Shown: positions 20,901-30,188 of the stretch, piece after piece | Position numbering within the stretch: the stretch's first letter is position 1 | Layout of the letters: each line of letters begins with the position of its first letter | From: an uncultured delta proteobacterium | GTDB lineage: Bacteria > Desulfobacterota > Binatia > HRBIN30 | Assembly (NCBI GenBank): GCA_963729835.1 | Contig: CAVSQF010000039.1 | Location: forward strand, 514,801 to 578,800 | DNA length: 64,000 nucleotides | Direction of reading: 5' to 3' | Program-made: the position numbers and the translations under genes | Notes under the pieces: generated by a model | Told to the model about the DNA's origin: nothing | What the model saw: only the letters and a program-made list of their open reading frames with translations | Databases searched by the model: none

Positions 20901-21014
20901 GCGTAGCATGTCGACACCACACGCTACCCGTTGCAGGTCGCAGCCAAAGCGCTGCAGCGTCGTTGCAGGAGATTCCATTGCCCCGAAATGTATACGAACC
21001 GCGCCGCGCCGCAA
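17919..21014 (-). CDS. glnE: Bifunctional glutamine synthetase adenylyltransferase/adenylyl-removing enzyme GlnE
   Basis: 1031 aa with two nucleotidyltransferase domains. Both carry the G[SG]xxxxExxxxSDxD-type motifs ([14 protein letters not shown]; [14 protein letters not shown]) followed by GlnE helical domains. Confidence 0.9.
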   Translation of the reverse strand: MRRGAVRIHFGAMESPATTLQRFGCDLQRVACGVDMLRGLAPTVAAALPDLLAGAPDPAMALAGWEWLLDVTPELAALETASREELSALFTVLGASQPSTNTLHAAGKDWITLFRDCAVAARRDAADHERALAAGVAEPWERFSERLRRLRHREYVRIGMADLTARYPVEITMSELSTLAAGLFAAAYEWARQSLREQYGELFLDTRDPAPGTPHPFTVLGMGKLGGGELNFSSDVDVLYLYESEAGESTGGPRGSLSARQYFTRLAELITRALQEVTPSGFAFRVDLRLRPEGINGPIVNAAPNALLYYEAYGQTWERSALIQGRPIAGSHELGEHFLREVQPFVYRRYLDYATVADMKEMKARLEARLGEKVGRGNVKLGPGGIREIEFLVQVMQLIHGGRDDRLRGGGSLPTLGRLVAGGYLPPEEGTALVEAYRFLRNVEHKIQIVHERQTHSLPATAHEQETLARRLGYRGAGAVAQLWADLDRHTQNVRRAFEKLFYEPARETQRASEPTVVQLLRTLDDRDASIARLEVLGSARPAASYENLLLLRDGPPAARARAHRKKVLYELAPAMLGTILKAADPDLALQNLATFISSIGARTSFLALLRENPGTLRMLVDLFGGSQFLANAFIRHPELLDTLVRADLVRVHRTVEELHAEIAEVLARADDFEEMLGVLRRFRNQEFLRIGINDLQALLEPQEVSTELTALAEACLRGACAVAHRDVCARYGYDDLLGRLVVVGMGKLGGRELNYNSDLDLIFVYRDAAESGPLSAHEAFSKLAQRLITVLQVTTREGIVYRIDTRLRPSGRSGPLVSSLEGFRQYHETSARMWERQALIKARPVAGDPALSERVSAIISAFVYRAPLLPEQVREIRRLRERMERELARETPDHINIKTGRGGMVDIEFLVQMLQLHYGFSEPRVRVRDTLGALQALTDSGVLSVGDHALLTQGYHFLRRVENSLRLARDRPVEDLDRADMGLSAMAKRLGFEGSPAVVSEGLWHECTVWREAIRACYERWFDRAEGGLD

Positions 21015-21104
21015 AACGGCCCGTAGACCGTAGGGGCCACTGTGCGGAGGCGCCGCCCCGCAATGATTCCTCGACGGCTACAGGGAATTGCCCGCCGCTC
21101 GGCT

Positions 21105-22439
21105 CTACACCCCGACGCGCCCGGCGATCTGCGCGTCCATCTGCTCCTGGTACTTGTCGAAATCCGCATCGGCGAGCAGCGTGTACAGGGTATCGAGTGG
21201 GAGGTGCTGGGTCAGCGGCGAACCCAGATCGGGCAGTTTGCTGCGGCGCAGCTCCTGCCACTCGCTGGCGCTCGGCGCATAGAACAGGTCGCCGAAGCCT
21301 GCCTGCTCGCAGCGCTTGTACAGCGCATCGCCGTCCCGCACCCTCTCGTATTCCGCACTGCCGCGCAGCTCGGTCATGAATTGCACCAGCTCCGGTTCGA
21401 CGGTGTAGAGTCGCGCCAGGCGCTTGGCGCCCAGGACCCCGATCACGTCATCGGCAACTCCCAGCTGATCCTCGTACGAGGTCTCTAATTGCGTCCGGAT
21501 CTCGGCGGCGGGCACCTCGGTCTGTGTGAGGAACCCACGGATGGCGTCGCACGGAGCCGTAAACACGTCGCAGCCCGCCAAGCGCGGGAAGGTCTGCCAC
21601 TCGCGGACACTGGCCACGATGAGCTGCGTCTTGATGCTGGGCGTCGCGCGCCGGACCTGCCGCAGCGCCCGTTGCCCCGCGATGCAGGCCTGCTCGCCGA
21701 TCAGGTCCGCCTTCAAACCTTGATTGAGCCGGCCGAGGAAGATGTTTGTGCGCTCGACATTGGCCAAGAGCGCCGCGGCCACCGCCTGGCGCGCCGAGAA
21801 GGTCGAGGTGAAATTCACCGGAATGCCCTCCCGCTCAAGGTCCCTGGCAACCAGAAAACAATGCGGAGCATGCGGCGTGAACGGCACCTTCACAATCGCG
21901 GAAGGCACCATGCGGCGCAGATACCGGCCGATGCGCGTCGCAGCCTCGGGGTCGCCGCCGAGATCCATGTGCAGCTGGAGGCTCACCTCCCACGCTCGCC
22001 CGGCGGCGAATGCCTGCACCATATCGCTGCCGATGCGGCCGCAGACGATCGCATACACCAGCGGCATCAGCTGACGCGGGCGCAGCGCCGGCTGGAGCGC
22101 TCGCAGTCCCTTCGCCCATCCTGCCGGGTCACCCTCGGCGAGATACCGCGCCAGCACCTTGTAAACCAGCGGCTGGTTGGCCGTGTTCCCGTCGATCTCC
22201 TGCAGGATCGCGCCATCACTCGTAGTGATGAGGCTGCGAAGCTCGGTCACATCTGCCGTGTCCGCATAGATGTGTGCCGTTCCAGCTTTGCCCACAGCGG
22301 CCAGGAGCGCGGAGGATTCGAGACGCGGCCGCGCCGCCACACCTGGCTTGCGCCCATAGGACACAACCGTCTCGTCGAATGTACCGTCCTGTGTCGTCCG
22401 CCGCTCGCTCATCGATGCATCTCCTCCAGGGCTGTCCAC
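21105..22439 (-). CDS. Transaldolase-family protein (long form)
   Basis: 444 aa. Central region resembles the transaldolase TIM barrel (IVKVPFTPHAPHCFLVARDLEREGIPVNFTSTFSARQAVAAALLANVE). Assignment is tentative. Confidence 0.5.
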   Translation of the reverse strand: MDSPGGDASMSERRTTQDGTFDETVVSYGRKPGVAARPRLESSALLAAVGKAGTAHIYADTADVTELRSLITTSDGAILQEIDGNTANQPLVYKVLARYLAEGDPAGWAKGLRALQPALRPRQLMPLVYAIVCGRIGSDMVQAFAAGRAWEVSLQLHMDLGGDPEAATRIGRYLRRMVPSAIVKVPFTPHAPHCFLVARDLEREGIPVNFTSTFSARQAVAAALLANVERTNIFLGRLNQGLKADLIGEQACIAGQRALRQVRRATPSIKTQLIVASVREWQTFPRLAGCDVFTAPCDAIRGFLTQTEVPAAEIRTQLETSYEDQLGVADDVIGVLGAKRLARLYTVEPELVQFMTELRGSAEYERVRDGDALYKRCEQAGFGDLFYAPSASEWQELRRSKLPDLGSPLTQHLPLDTLYTLLADADFDKYQEQMDAQIAGRVGV

Positions 22440-22531
22440 GATCTCCGCTCTGACTGCGCGCTTCGCCGCCCAACGTCAAGGCCTCGCACGGAACGCCTGG
22501 ATCTTCCCCGGGCGGCGCATCGTTACCACCC

Positions 22532-23014
22532 TCATTTCTCATCACTTACCTTGGCCGGCGTATACTTGATCAACACCCGCCCGCCATCCTTCAAGCCAGT
22601 GCGGAATTTCTCCTCGAACTTCGGCCAGCCGTCCGGATACTTCTTGGCATAGCTCTCAAACATCACGGGGAGCACGTCTGGCTCATTGACAATGGCGCCG
22701 GTGGCCATGAACGATGGCCCGTCAGGCTTGCCCACGGAGATCTTCGCCTGCGTCCGTCCGGCCTTGATCCGGCGCACGCGCCAGGCCGTCGGCGGCGAGG
22801 CCACATACACAGCGCCATTGTGGTAGAGGAACCAAATCTCAGCGGGCTTACCGAGATGGCCGTCCTTTCGCGTCGTGGCAATATAGACGTACTTGCTGTT
22901 GGCAAGAGCTTCCTTGGTACTTTGCGGCAACTCGGCCGCCGCCGCGCGCACGCCGAACGCAATCAGTGCCAACGCCATCCCCAGCAGCAGTTTGCAGATT
23001 CTCAATCTGTACAT
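22532..23014 (-). CDS. Hypothetical exported protein
   Basis: Predicted signal peptide MYRLRICKLLLGMALALIAFGVRAAAA. No recognisable catalytic motifs. Confidence 0.4.
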   Translation of the reverse strand: MYRLRICKLLLGMALALIAFGVRAAAAELPQSTKEALANSKYVYIATTRKDGHLGKPAEIWFLYHNGAVYVASPPTAWRVRRIKAGRTQAKISVGKPDGPSFMATGAIVNEPDVLPVMFESYAKKYPDGWPKFEEKFRTGLKDGGRVLIKYTPAKVSDEK

Positions 23015-23310
23015 GTTTCCTCCCGGCAGGCCTCTGAGCTTCCAGTGGTCCACGCGTCGTGTCAAGCACTGCCCCGCATATCACCCGTCGCGTGTTCGCA
23101 AATCGGCAAGCCCGAGCGACCAACGCCTGTCCTGAGCTACGCAACCCGTGGATGATCGCGTGGCACGACGAAATTGGCGAGGCGCGGCCTCGCCACTCCA
23201 GAGTATTGGAGTAGCAAGGCCATGCCTCGCTTGGGTTGCGGGCGTCAGCCCGCGTTGAGCCACGTCGCAGGGGGAACGGGCCCGCCGCACAGACGCCGGC
23301 GCAGCCCCCT

Positions 23311-23895
23311 CTATGCCGGGCGCAGCCCCAGGCCTTGGCGGATGATGCGCACCGCAATCGCCGCCAGCAGCAAGCTCATTATTTTCGCCAGGGCGCGGGC
23401 ACCGCTGCGCCCCAGCAGCCGTTCGATGCCTTGGGCGCGCGCCAGCACCAACCAGCAGAGCGCCAGGTTGGCAAGCAGCGCGACAATGGTGAGCGCGACG
23501 CCGTGCAGGTCAACGAAGACGATCGTGGTCGTGATCACGGCCGGGCCGGCAATCAACGGCACGCCGAGCGGCACCGCGCCCAGATCGATGTCCTCACCGA
23601 TGCTGTGCGGCTCGGTGCGCAGCAGATCCAGGCCGGAGATGCCCAACAGAATCAAACCGCCGGCGATTTGGAAGTCGGATACGGTGATGCCCAAGGAGAC
23701 GAAGACCGCCTTGCCGAGCAGAGCAAACCCCACGCTGACGACGGCGGCCACGAGGATCGACAGGCGCAACATCTGCCGCCGCTGCGGCACCGTCATGCGG
23801 TGCGTCAGCGCGAAGTAGATCGGCGCCACCCCGACCGGGTCGACGGCGACGAAGAGCGCGACAAAGGCAAGCACGAATTCATGGAGGAGGGCCAT
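23311..23895 (-). CDS. MarC/UPF0056 family integral membrane protein
   Basis: 194 aa with 6 TM helices and MarC-like conserved stretches (GGLILLGISGLDLL; PLIAGPAVITT). Confidence 0.75.
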   Translation of the reverse strand: MALLHEFVLAFVALFVAVDPVGVAPIYFALTHRMTVPQRRQMLRLSILVAAVVSVGFALLGKAVFVSLGITVSDFQIAGGLILLGISGLDLLRTEPHSIGEDIDLGAVPLGVPLIAGPAVITTTIVFVDLHGVALTIVALLANLALCWLVLARAQGIERLLGRSGARALAKIMSLLLAAIAVRIIRQGLGLRPA

Positions 23896-23963
23896 GTTCT
23901 TTCACCGATGACACAACTGCGTCATCCGCGCTAGACGCCTATCTCTTGACACCAATCACCGAG

Positions 23964-23980
23964 TAGCTATTCAATAGCTA
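23964..23980. promoter_or_regulatory. Perfect 8-1-8 palindrome TAGCTATTcAATAGCTA overlapping a putative -35/-10; likely autoregulatory operator for the downstream RHH/BrnA-like gene
   Basis: The TTGACA-like hexamer at 23946 sits about 17 nt before the palindrome. Location is immediately upstream of ORF 23990/24050. Confidence 0.4.
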
Positions 23981-24049
23981 TGAGGCTGCTTGAAGATGCG
24001 GCTCTGGCCGAGTGGCTGTGACCCATGCGAAGCAACGAAAGGAAACTGT

Positions 24050-24307
24050 ATGAGGAAGCCTGCACGGAAGATCACTAAACCCCGCCGCAGAGATGCACAG
24101 ACCGAAGAGTTCGAGCGGCGCGATCTCGGCGACGACGTGCGCACCTCCGGCGTCAGGCCGGTCGTCATCCACCCGAAGTCACGCCCGACCTCGATCGTGC
24201 TCGAGCCCGACCTCGTCGCGCAGCTGCGCGAGAAGGCCGCCAAGCGCGGGCTCGGCTATCAAACCATGCTCAAGGTCATCGTACGTGAGCACCTCGACGA
24301 GTACTGA
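24050..24307 (+). CDS. BrnA/CopG-like antitoxin-family DNA-binding protein (orphan; no cognate BrnT adjacent)
   Basis: C-terminal region RPTSIVLEPDLVAQLREKAAKRGLGYQTMLKVIVREHL matches the BrnA (COG3514) ribbon-helix-helix pattern. The likely start is at ATG 24050 (MRKPARK...). Confidence 0.5.
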   Translation: MRKPARKITKPRRRDAQTEEFERRDLGDDVRTSGVRPVVIHPKSRPTSIVLEPDLVAQLREKAAKRGLGYQTMLKVIVREHLDEY

Positions 24308-24318
24308 CCCTGTGTTAC

Positions 24319-25863
24319 GTGACGCCCGTTAGTTGCCGGATGCCTCACGGGAAAATGACCATGAAATACTTCGTCTCTTGGATCGGCCGACAGGATATCG
24401 AGGGAGCTGCCCGCGAGACTCCAACCGGCCCCATTGTCGACTTTCTCCGCGTGCATCCGGAAGTGACCGCGGTCCTACTCGCAGATTGGGCGAAAGATGT
24501 CACGGCGAAGTACGTCGCAGCCGTGCGGCGCGCGGTCGACGCGACCATCGACATCCGACCCATCAAGCTGAAGGACCCCACCGACTATCTCGGCATTTTC
24601 CGCGCAGCAGACGCGGCGCTGGCGCAGCTGATCCAGGACGTCCGCGCTGACGACATCGCCATTCACACTAGCCCCGGCACCAGTGCGATGGCGGCCGTGT
24701 GGATTCTGCTTGCGAAGACGAAGTACGCCGGTGCGAAGCTGTTCAAGAGTTGGCTCGACACGGACGGCACACCCCAGTTGCGCGAAGTCGAGATTCCGTT
24801 CGACCTCACGCTGGACGTCTTGCCGGACATCGCTGCGCGGCGCGCCGCGCTCCTCGCGCCGTTGGACGTTGCGTTGCCGGTGACGAGGGCCTTCGAACCG
24901 CTGATCCATCGGAGCACGATGATGGCCGCCGTGATCCGTAACGCGCGACGCGCCGCGCTCTACCCGAACCCGGTCTTGATCCTCGGCGAATCCGGCACCG
25001 GCAAAGAAGTGCTGGCGCGGGCGATCCATGCCGCCAGCTTGCGTGCCGGCAAGCAGTTTCAACCCAAGAACTGCGCGGCCATGCCGCGCGATCTGCTTGA
25101 CGCCGAGCTGTTCGGGCATGTCAAAGGCGCCTACACGGGAGCCGTTGCCGACCGCCCCGGCCTGTTCGAGGCGTGCGACGGCGGCAGCGTGTTCCTCGAC
25201 GAGGTGGGCGACATGGCGCCGGAGACGCAGGTGCGGCTGCTGCGCGTGTTGCAGGACGGGGAGATTCAGCGCGTCGGCGAGAGCAGAACGCGAAAGGTTG
25301 ACGTGCGCGTGATTGCAGCGACGCATCGCGACCTGATCGCGGCGATGCGCGACGGCGCCTTTCGCGAGGATCTCTTCTACCGCCTGGCCGTGCTGGTGCT
25401 GCACATCCCGCCACTGCGAGAACATCCCGAGGATATCTTCTCGCTCGCGCAGCACTTCCTCGCTGTCTTGAACGAGCGTGCCGCCGCGATTCCCGGCGCC
25501 GAGCGCAAGCATCTTTCCCCTGACGCAAGGAAGTTTGCGGAGAGCTACCCGTGGCCGGGCAATGTGCGCGAGCTGGAGAACACGTTGGCGCGCATCTTCG
25601 CGCTGGTGTCCGGTGACACGATCCGCGGTGAGGATTTCAAAGCCCACGTGATTCCGACCGACGCCGCCAGCACCGAAGTAATTCCGTTGTCCGCACGGAA
25701 AAACTTCAGCCTGAATGAGGAACTTGAAGCCGTCGAGCGACGGTTGATCGAGCAAGCGTTGCGTGAGTGCGGCGGCACCAAGGAGCGCGCCGCGAAGCTT
25801 CTTGGGCTTGCGAGCCGGCAGGCGTTGGCGCATCGTATCCGCCGTTTGGGTGTTCCATCGTAA
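24319..25863 (+). CDS. Sigma-54-dependent transcriptional activator, RtcR-like (non-receiver, CARF-like N-terminal sensor + AAA+ + Fis HTH)
   Basis: Central AAA+ sigma-54 activator motifs: [19 protein letters not shown] (Walker A), [28 protein letters not shown], and the [14 protein letters not shown] signature. C-terminal Fis-type HTH ([17 protein letters not shown]). The N-terminal ~200 aa carry no REC/PAS/GAF hallmarks. The segment [29 protein letters not shown] resembles the RtcR CARF-domain motif as recalled from memory. A likely true start is at 24361 (MKYFVSWIG). Confidence 0.8.
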   Translation: MTPVSCRMPHGKMTMKYFVSWIGRQDIEGAARETPTGPIVDFLRVHPEVTAVLLADWAKDVTAKYVAAVRRAVDATIDIRPIKLKDPTDYLGIFRAADAALAQLIQDVRADDIAIHTSPGTSAMAAVWILLAKTKYAGAKLFKSWLDTDGTPQLREVEIPFDLTLDVLPDIAARRAALLAPLDVALPVTRAFEPLIHRSTMMAAVIRNARRAALYPNPVLILGESGTGKEVLARAIHAASLRAGKQFQPKNCAAMPRDLLDAELFGHVKGAYTGAVADRPGLFEACDGGSVFLDEVGDMAPETQVRLLRVLQDGEIQRVGESRTRKVDVRVIAATHRDLIAAMRDGAFREDLFYRLAVLVLHIPPLREHPEDIFSLAQHFLAVLNERAAAIPGAERKHLSPDARKFAESYPWPGNVRELENTLARIFALVSGDTIRGEDFKAHVIPTDAASTEVIPLSARKNFSLNEELEAVERRLIEQALRECGGTKERAAKLLGLASRQALAHRIRRLGVPS

Positions 25864-25867
25864 CCGG

Positions 25868-25885
25868 TTGGCACGCTGGCTGCTA
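25868..25885 (+). promoter_or_regulatory. Sigma-54 (-24/-12) promoter
   Basis: TTGGCACGCTGGCTGCTA closely matches the consensus YTGGCACGrNNNTTGCW, with only the first T of the -12 TTGC element deviating (CTGC). It lies 5 nt after the activator gene stop and faces the downstream small ORF and hsdR. Confidence 0.55.
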
Positions 25886-25936
25886 TTCAGTAGTGCAAGG
25901 TGAGCACAGATGGAGAGAGGGAGTTGAACATGGGAG

Positions 25937-26248
25937 GTGCAGCCGAGCGCATCTCTCTTCACGGCAGCCCTGTCGTTGGCGCGCGCTTTGGTTGTACGGG
26001 AGCGCGTTCAGCAGGCACGGGTGCAGGCCGAGTTCAGCGCCATCGAGGCCGCCGTGGGCCGCATCGCCAAGGCGGCGGAGTCGCTCAGCGACATCGTCAG
26101 CATGGCCGGCACGGTTCGTTCGCATGGCGAAAAGATCCGCGACCGCGCCGAGCGCCTCCAGGACGAAATCGACAAGCAGCTTGAAGTGTTGCGGCAGAAT
26201 GTGGAAGGACTAAGGGACCATTCCGAAGGGGACGGTGCAGCAGCTTGA
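25937..26248 (+). CDS. Small helical/coiled-coil protein of unknown function, first gene downstream of the sigma-54 promoter
   Basis: 103 aa ORF with strong GC3 coding bias. The overlapping 25900 frame is Arg/Gly-rich off-frame noise. Its stop overlaps the hsdR start (TTGA). Confidence 0.45.
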   Translation: MQPSASLFTAALSLARALVVRERVQQARVQAEFSAIEAAVGRIAKAAESLSDIVSMAGTVRSHGEKIRDRAERLQDEIDKQLEVLRQNVEGLRDHSEGDGAAA

Positions 26249-28486
26249 GCGACGCCCAAAAAGAAACCGACGCACGAATCGCGATCGACGATATGCTCCG
26301 GCAGGCACGCTGGGACCCGGCGGACAAGTCACAGGTGTTGACAGAGTTCACCGTTAAGCAGGCGTCTGGACTTGTCAGTGAGGAAGACGGCTTTGCGGGT
26401 ATCATCCATAGCGACGGCGATGACATGCCGACCGGACGCGCCGACTACGTGCTGCTGGATCAACGCGGACGTCCGCTTGCCGTTGTTGAAGCCAAACGCA
26501 CAGCTATCCAGCCCTACACCGCCAAGCAGCAGGTCCTTCCCTACGCCAAGAGCATCGGCGCGCCGTTCATCTTTCTAACAACGGCGAGGTGATCTACTTC
26601 TGGGACTACCCAACGACGACGCGCGCATCGTCAACTCGTTCTACTCCCGGCGCGACCTCGAACGTCTGGTCGAGATGCGGGCAGACACAGAAGCCGCTGG
26701 CGACGATTCCGATTCCCGAGCTATTACCTGAGGCAGGGCGAGACAGCGCGCGGTCCGCCCGTACCAGAAAGAAGCCATGCGCGCCCTCGACCAAGCCGTC
26801 GAACTGGGCAAGCGCCGCTTCCTCATCGAGCTGCCGACCGGCACCGGGAAGACGGACCTGATCTGCCTCTACCTCAAGCGCCTCATCAGAGCCGGCCGCG
26901 CTGAGCGCGTCTTTTTCTTGGTGGACCGCGAGCAACTCGCCAAGCAAGCGCTGGAGGCGATGCAAGACATCCTCAACCGGCACGGCAGCTATTGGCTCAA
27001 GCCGGGCATGATTCGGCAGGAGCAACAGATTACGGTCTGCCTGCTCCAGACGATGATCGGCCGCTATCAGGAGTTCACCAGCGGCTACTTCGATGTGGTC
27101 ATCGCCGATGAGTGCCATCGTTCCATCTATGGTGCCTGGCAGACGGCACTTACCCATTTCGACGCGCTCCACATCGGCCTGACTGCCACCCCGGCTGCCT
27201 ACATTGAACGGAACACCTTCCAGCTTCTATCACTGCAAGGACAGCGCAGCCGGACTTCTCCTACCCGATTCAAGAAGCTTTCGAAGAGGAGTACCTGGTC
27301 CCCTACAAGTTCGCCACCGGCATCACCGAGCTACTCGCTGAGGGTGCAGACGTGGACGATGAGCACTACGACCCAGCCGAGTTCGAGCGCAAATGGACCA
27401 ACGAGGACACCAACCGCAAGATGATGGAGGAGTTCGACCGGCTGGCCTGGGAGAACTACAAGGAGCTGGCGCCCGACCAGAAAGTTGGCCCGGGCAAGGC
27501 CATCGTCTTTGCGATCACCAAGCACCACGCCGCTCGGCTGGCGCAGTATCTCAACGAACTGCATCCCGGAGCAGAAAGGGCGCTACGCCGAAGTGATCAC
27601 CTCCGACGTTGCCAACGCCGAGGATCTCATCCGGCGCTTCAAACAGGAAGACTACCCGCAGATCGCCGTCAGCGTGGGCATGCTGGACACCGGTTTCGAT
27701 TGCCGCGAGGTGCTGCATCTGGTCATGTGCCGGCGCGTCCGCAGCCCGATCCTCTACCAGCAGATGCGCGGCCGCGGCACGCGCACCGCACCGCACATCG
27801 GCAAAGAGAAGTTCGTCATCTACGACTTCTTCGGCAATCACGAGTTTTTCAACGACAGCGACACGGACATCTTCGTCGGCACTGGTACTGGCCACGTGCC
27901 CAGCCCGCGGCCACCCCGACCGCCCGGCGGCCGTAACCTCATCGAGCTGGGTCTGGAGGACGAGTGGCTGCAAGCGGTCACCTACGTTGAAGTCGGGCCG
28001 CAAGGCGAGCGCATCGACAAGCAAGACTACGTAAGTCGACTGGGAGCAGGCCATCCGCGCTGCGGCGAAGGATGACGAGGTCGCTGCGTAAGGTGCGAGG
28101 CGGGTATCGAGCTAACGGCGGAAGAAGAGCAACGGCTTGCGGACAAGCTCAATCGTCCGGAGCACTACTTCAACGAAGAAAACCTGCGGCGCGCTTATCG
28201 CAACCCGGGCGGAACGTTGGTTGACTTCATCAGGCACGCGCTGGGAACGGCCAAGGTGAAGAGCCGCGAGGAAGTGGTCACCGAAGATTTCCGCGCGTGG
28301 CTCGTCTCCAAGAACCTCACGCCGGATCAGGCGCAGTACCTGGCCTTGCTCAAGAACCGCGGTATAGTGCGCGGCAAGGTGGACGTCGACGACCTCTTCC
28401 AGCCACCACTGTCGATTCTGAACGCTGCCAGCTCGGCGTCGAGCTGTTCGGCGAGAAGGGCCTGCAGGAGATCGTCACCGAAATGA
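26245..28486 (+). pseudogene. hsdR: Type I restriction enzyme R subunit HsdR, heavily degraded
   Basis: HsdR homology (nuclease N-terminus ADYVLLDQRGRPLAVVEAKR; helicase motifs I TGTGKT, II DECH, III TATP; DUF3387-like C-terminus) is spread over at least 6 ORF fragments in all three frames. Lesions mapped by frame tracking: 1-nt deletions near 26578 and 26611; an in-frame TGA at 26729; frameshifts near 27245, 27568, 28052/28098 (a compensating pair) and 28430. Confidence 0.8.
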
Positions 28487-30188
28487 ACGAGGCGATCTTC
28501 GCCAGAAGGCGCATAGCGGCGATGAACCAAGCCCTGCGCAGAAAGCTCGACCACATCACCGACATCCTGTGGGCTGGTGGGGTTACCAATCCGGTGACTT
28601 ACATCGAGCAGATTTCTTACCTCATTTACCTCAAGCTGCTCGACGAGGAGGAGTCGGTCCGTGAGCTGCAGGCGCGGCTCACCGGGAGGCGCGGCAACGG
28701 TAACAGCAAGAGTCTCTTTCCGCAGCAGGCTGAGCGCTACCGTTGGTCGAAGTGGCGCTTCAAGAGCGGCGAGGAGCTGCGCAACTTCGTGCGCGACGAG
28801 GTCTTCCCCTACATGGGCTCGCTGGTGCGGGAAGAACCGCAGATCGCCGAGTACTTCCGCGACGCGGTCTTGGAGATCGTCGACCCCAACGTGCTCAAGC
28901 AAGTCATTGATGAACTCGACAGCATCGACTTCCGCAAGCTCGGCACCGACGTGAAGGGCGACATCTTCGAGTATCTGCTCACTCATCTCGGCCAGTCGGC
29001 GCTCAACGGCCAGTTCCGCACGCCGCGGCAGATCCGCACGATGATGGTGGCGATGCTCGATCCCGATCTCGGCGACACGATTTTCGATCCGGCGTGACGG
29101 CACTGCAGGGTTCCTCATCGACTCCGTTGAACACATCCTGGCCAAGTACTCCGAGAACGCCGCAGGAGGTGCCGATCTACGGCGAGGAGTGGCTGGAGAA
29201 GCGCGGGCAAGCAATTGAAGAAGTCAAGGCGCAGATCCCCACGCTGCAGACGTATCGGAAGGGCGCCGGCGAAAAGATCCCGGACTGGGAGCTGCTGGAG
29301 CGGTCCATCTACGGCATCGACGTTTCGCGGCAGATGATGCGCATCGGCATGATGAACCTGGTCCTGCACGGCATCCGGCACGCGCAGGTGAAGCGCGCCA
29401 ACAGTCTCTCTGAGATGGGCGGGCTGAGTGAAGAGGACCTGCGGCGGCGCTACAAGGTCATTCTGTCCAACCCGCCGTTCGCCGGCGTGCTTCCGAGGGA
29501 ATCGATCCGCAAGGATCTGGGGACCAGCTCGAAGAAGAGCGAGCTACTGTTCCTCGGGCTGATGATGCAATCGCTCGCGCCGGGCGGCCGTTGCGCCGTG
29601 ATCGTACCCGAAGGGCTGCTGTTTGGCTCAACGTCGGCGCACGTCGAGCTCCGCCGCAAGCTCGTCGAAGAGTTCGAGTTACTCGCGGTCGTCTCACTGC
29701 CCGCGGGTGTTTTCAAACCTTACGCCGGAGTAAAAACGGGTGTCCTGGTGTTTCGCAGACCAGTGACCACTGATCACTCGTCACTGACCACTGCTCGTAA
29801 AGTCTGGTTCTACGAAATCCACGCCGACGGCTACGACCCCGACAAGATCACCGGCGGCGGCCGGCCGGAGACGCCTGAGCGGAATGACATCCCGAATCTT
29901 CTATCGCAATGGGCGACATACAAAGCATCCGGCTTCCGCGAACCGCCTGGGCATGAAGCCAACTCCCTTCTCAGTCCGGACGACTCCGCAGCGAGTTGCT
30001 GGTGGGCAACTGTCGGACTCGTTGCTGAGAACGACTACAATCTCGCGGCTGGGCGCTACAAGCCACAGGTCGCTGAGAAGGCGCCGGAAGAGAAACCCGA
30101 ACAGGTCGTCCAAGAGGTCCTCTCGATCGAGCGCGAGATTGAAGTGGGACTGGAACGACTGCTCAGGGATATTGAGACCGCACGGTAG
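28483..30188 (+). pseudogene. hsdM: Type I R-M methyltransferase HsdM, apparently disrupted by two +1 frameshifts
   Basis: The HsdM_N region and motif I (GQFRTPRQI...IFDPA) read in one frame up to a TGA at 29095. DPACGTAGFLIDSVEHIL continues only after deleting one base. The downstream part (YGIDVSRQMMRIGMMNLVLHGI, NPPF) is in the third frame, which requires a second shift near 29170-29215. Confidence 0.6.

Noticed and set aside
17919-21400. Numerous long ORFs overlapping glnE on both strands (e.g. 19458..20024, 20668..21261, 20873..21379)
   Set aside because: All are overlapped by the 1031-aa GlnE frame, which has clear domain motifs. The alternatives have off-frame Arg/Ala/Pro-rich composition.
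23065-23311. Tandem hairpins (GGCGAGGCGCGGCCTCGCC; ACTCCAGAGTATTGGAGT) downstream of the MarC-family gene as terminators
   Set aside because: Neither strand has a convincing U-tract after the stems. Recorded only as possible structure, not called.
25900-26184. 94-aa ORF downstream of the sigma-54 promoter in the alternative frame
   Set aside because: Arg/Gly-rich off-frame composition. The overlapping 25937 frame shows strong GC3 bias and a helical, protein-like sequence, so that frame was preferred.
26245-30188. Treating the hsdR/hsdM disruptions as purely assembly error
   Set aside because: Lesion density (at least nine in ~3.9 kb, including an in-frame nonsense codon) far exceeds that seen in flanking intact 1.5-3 kb genes. 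Isolated single indels elsewhere in the window (paralogs 2/3, dikinase A, dnaG) do remain ambiguous and are flagged as such.
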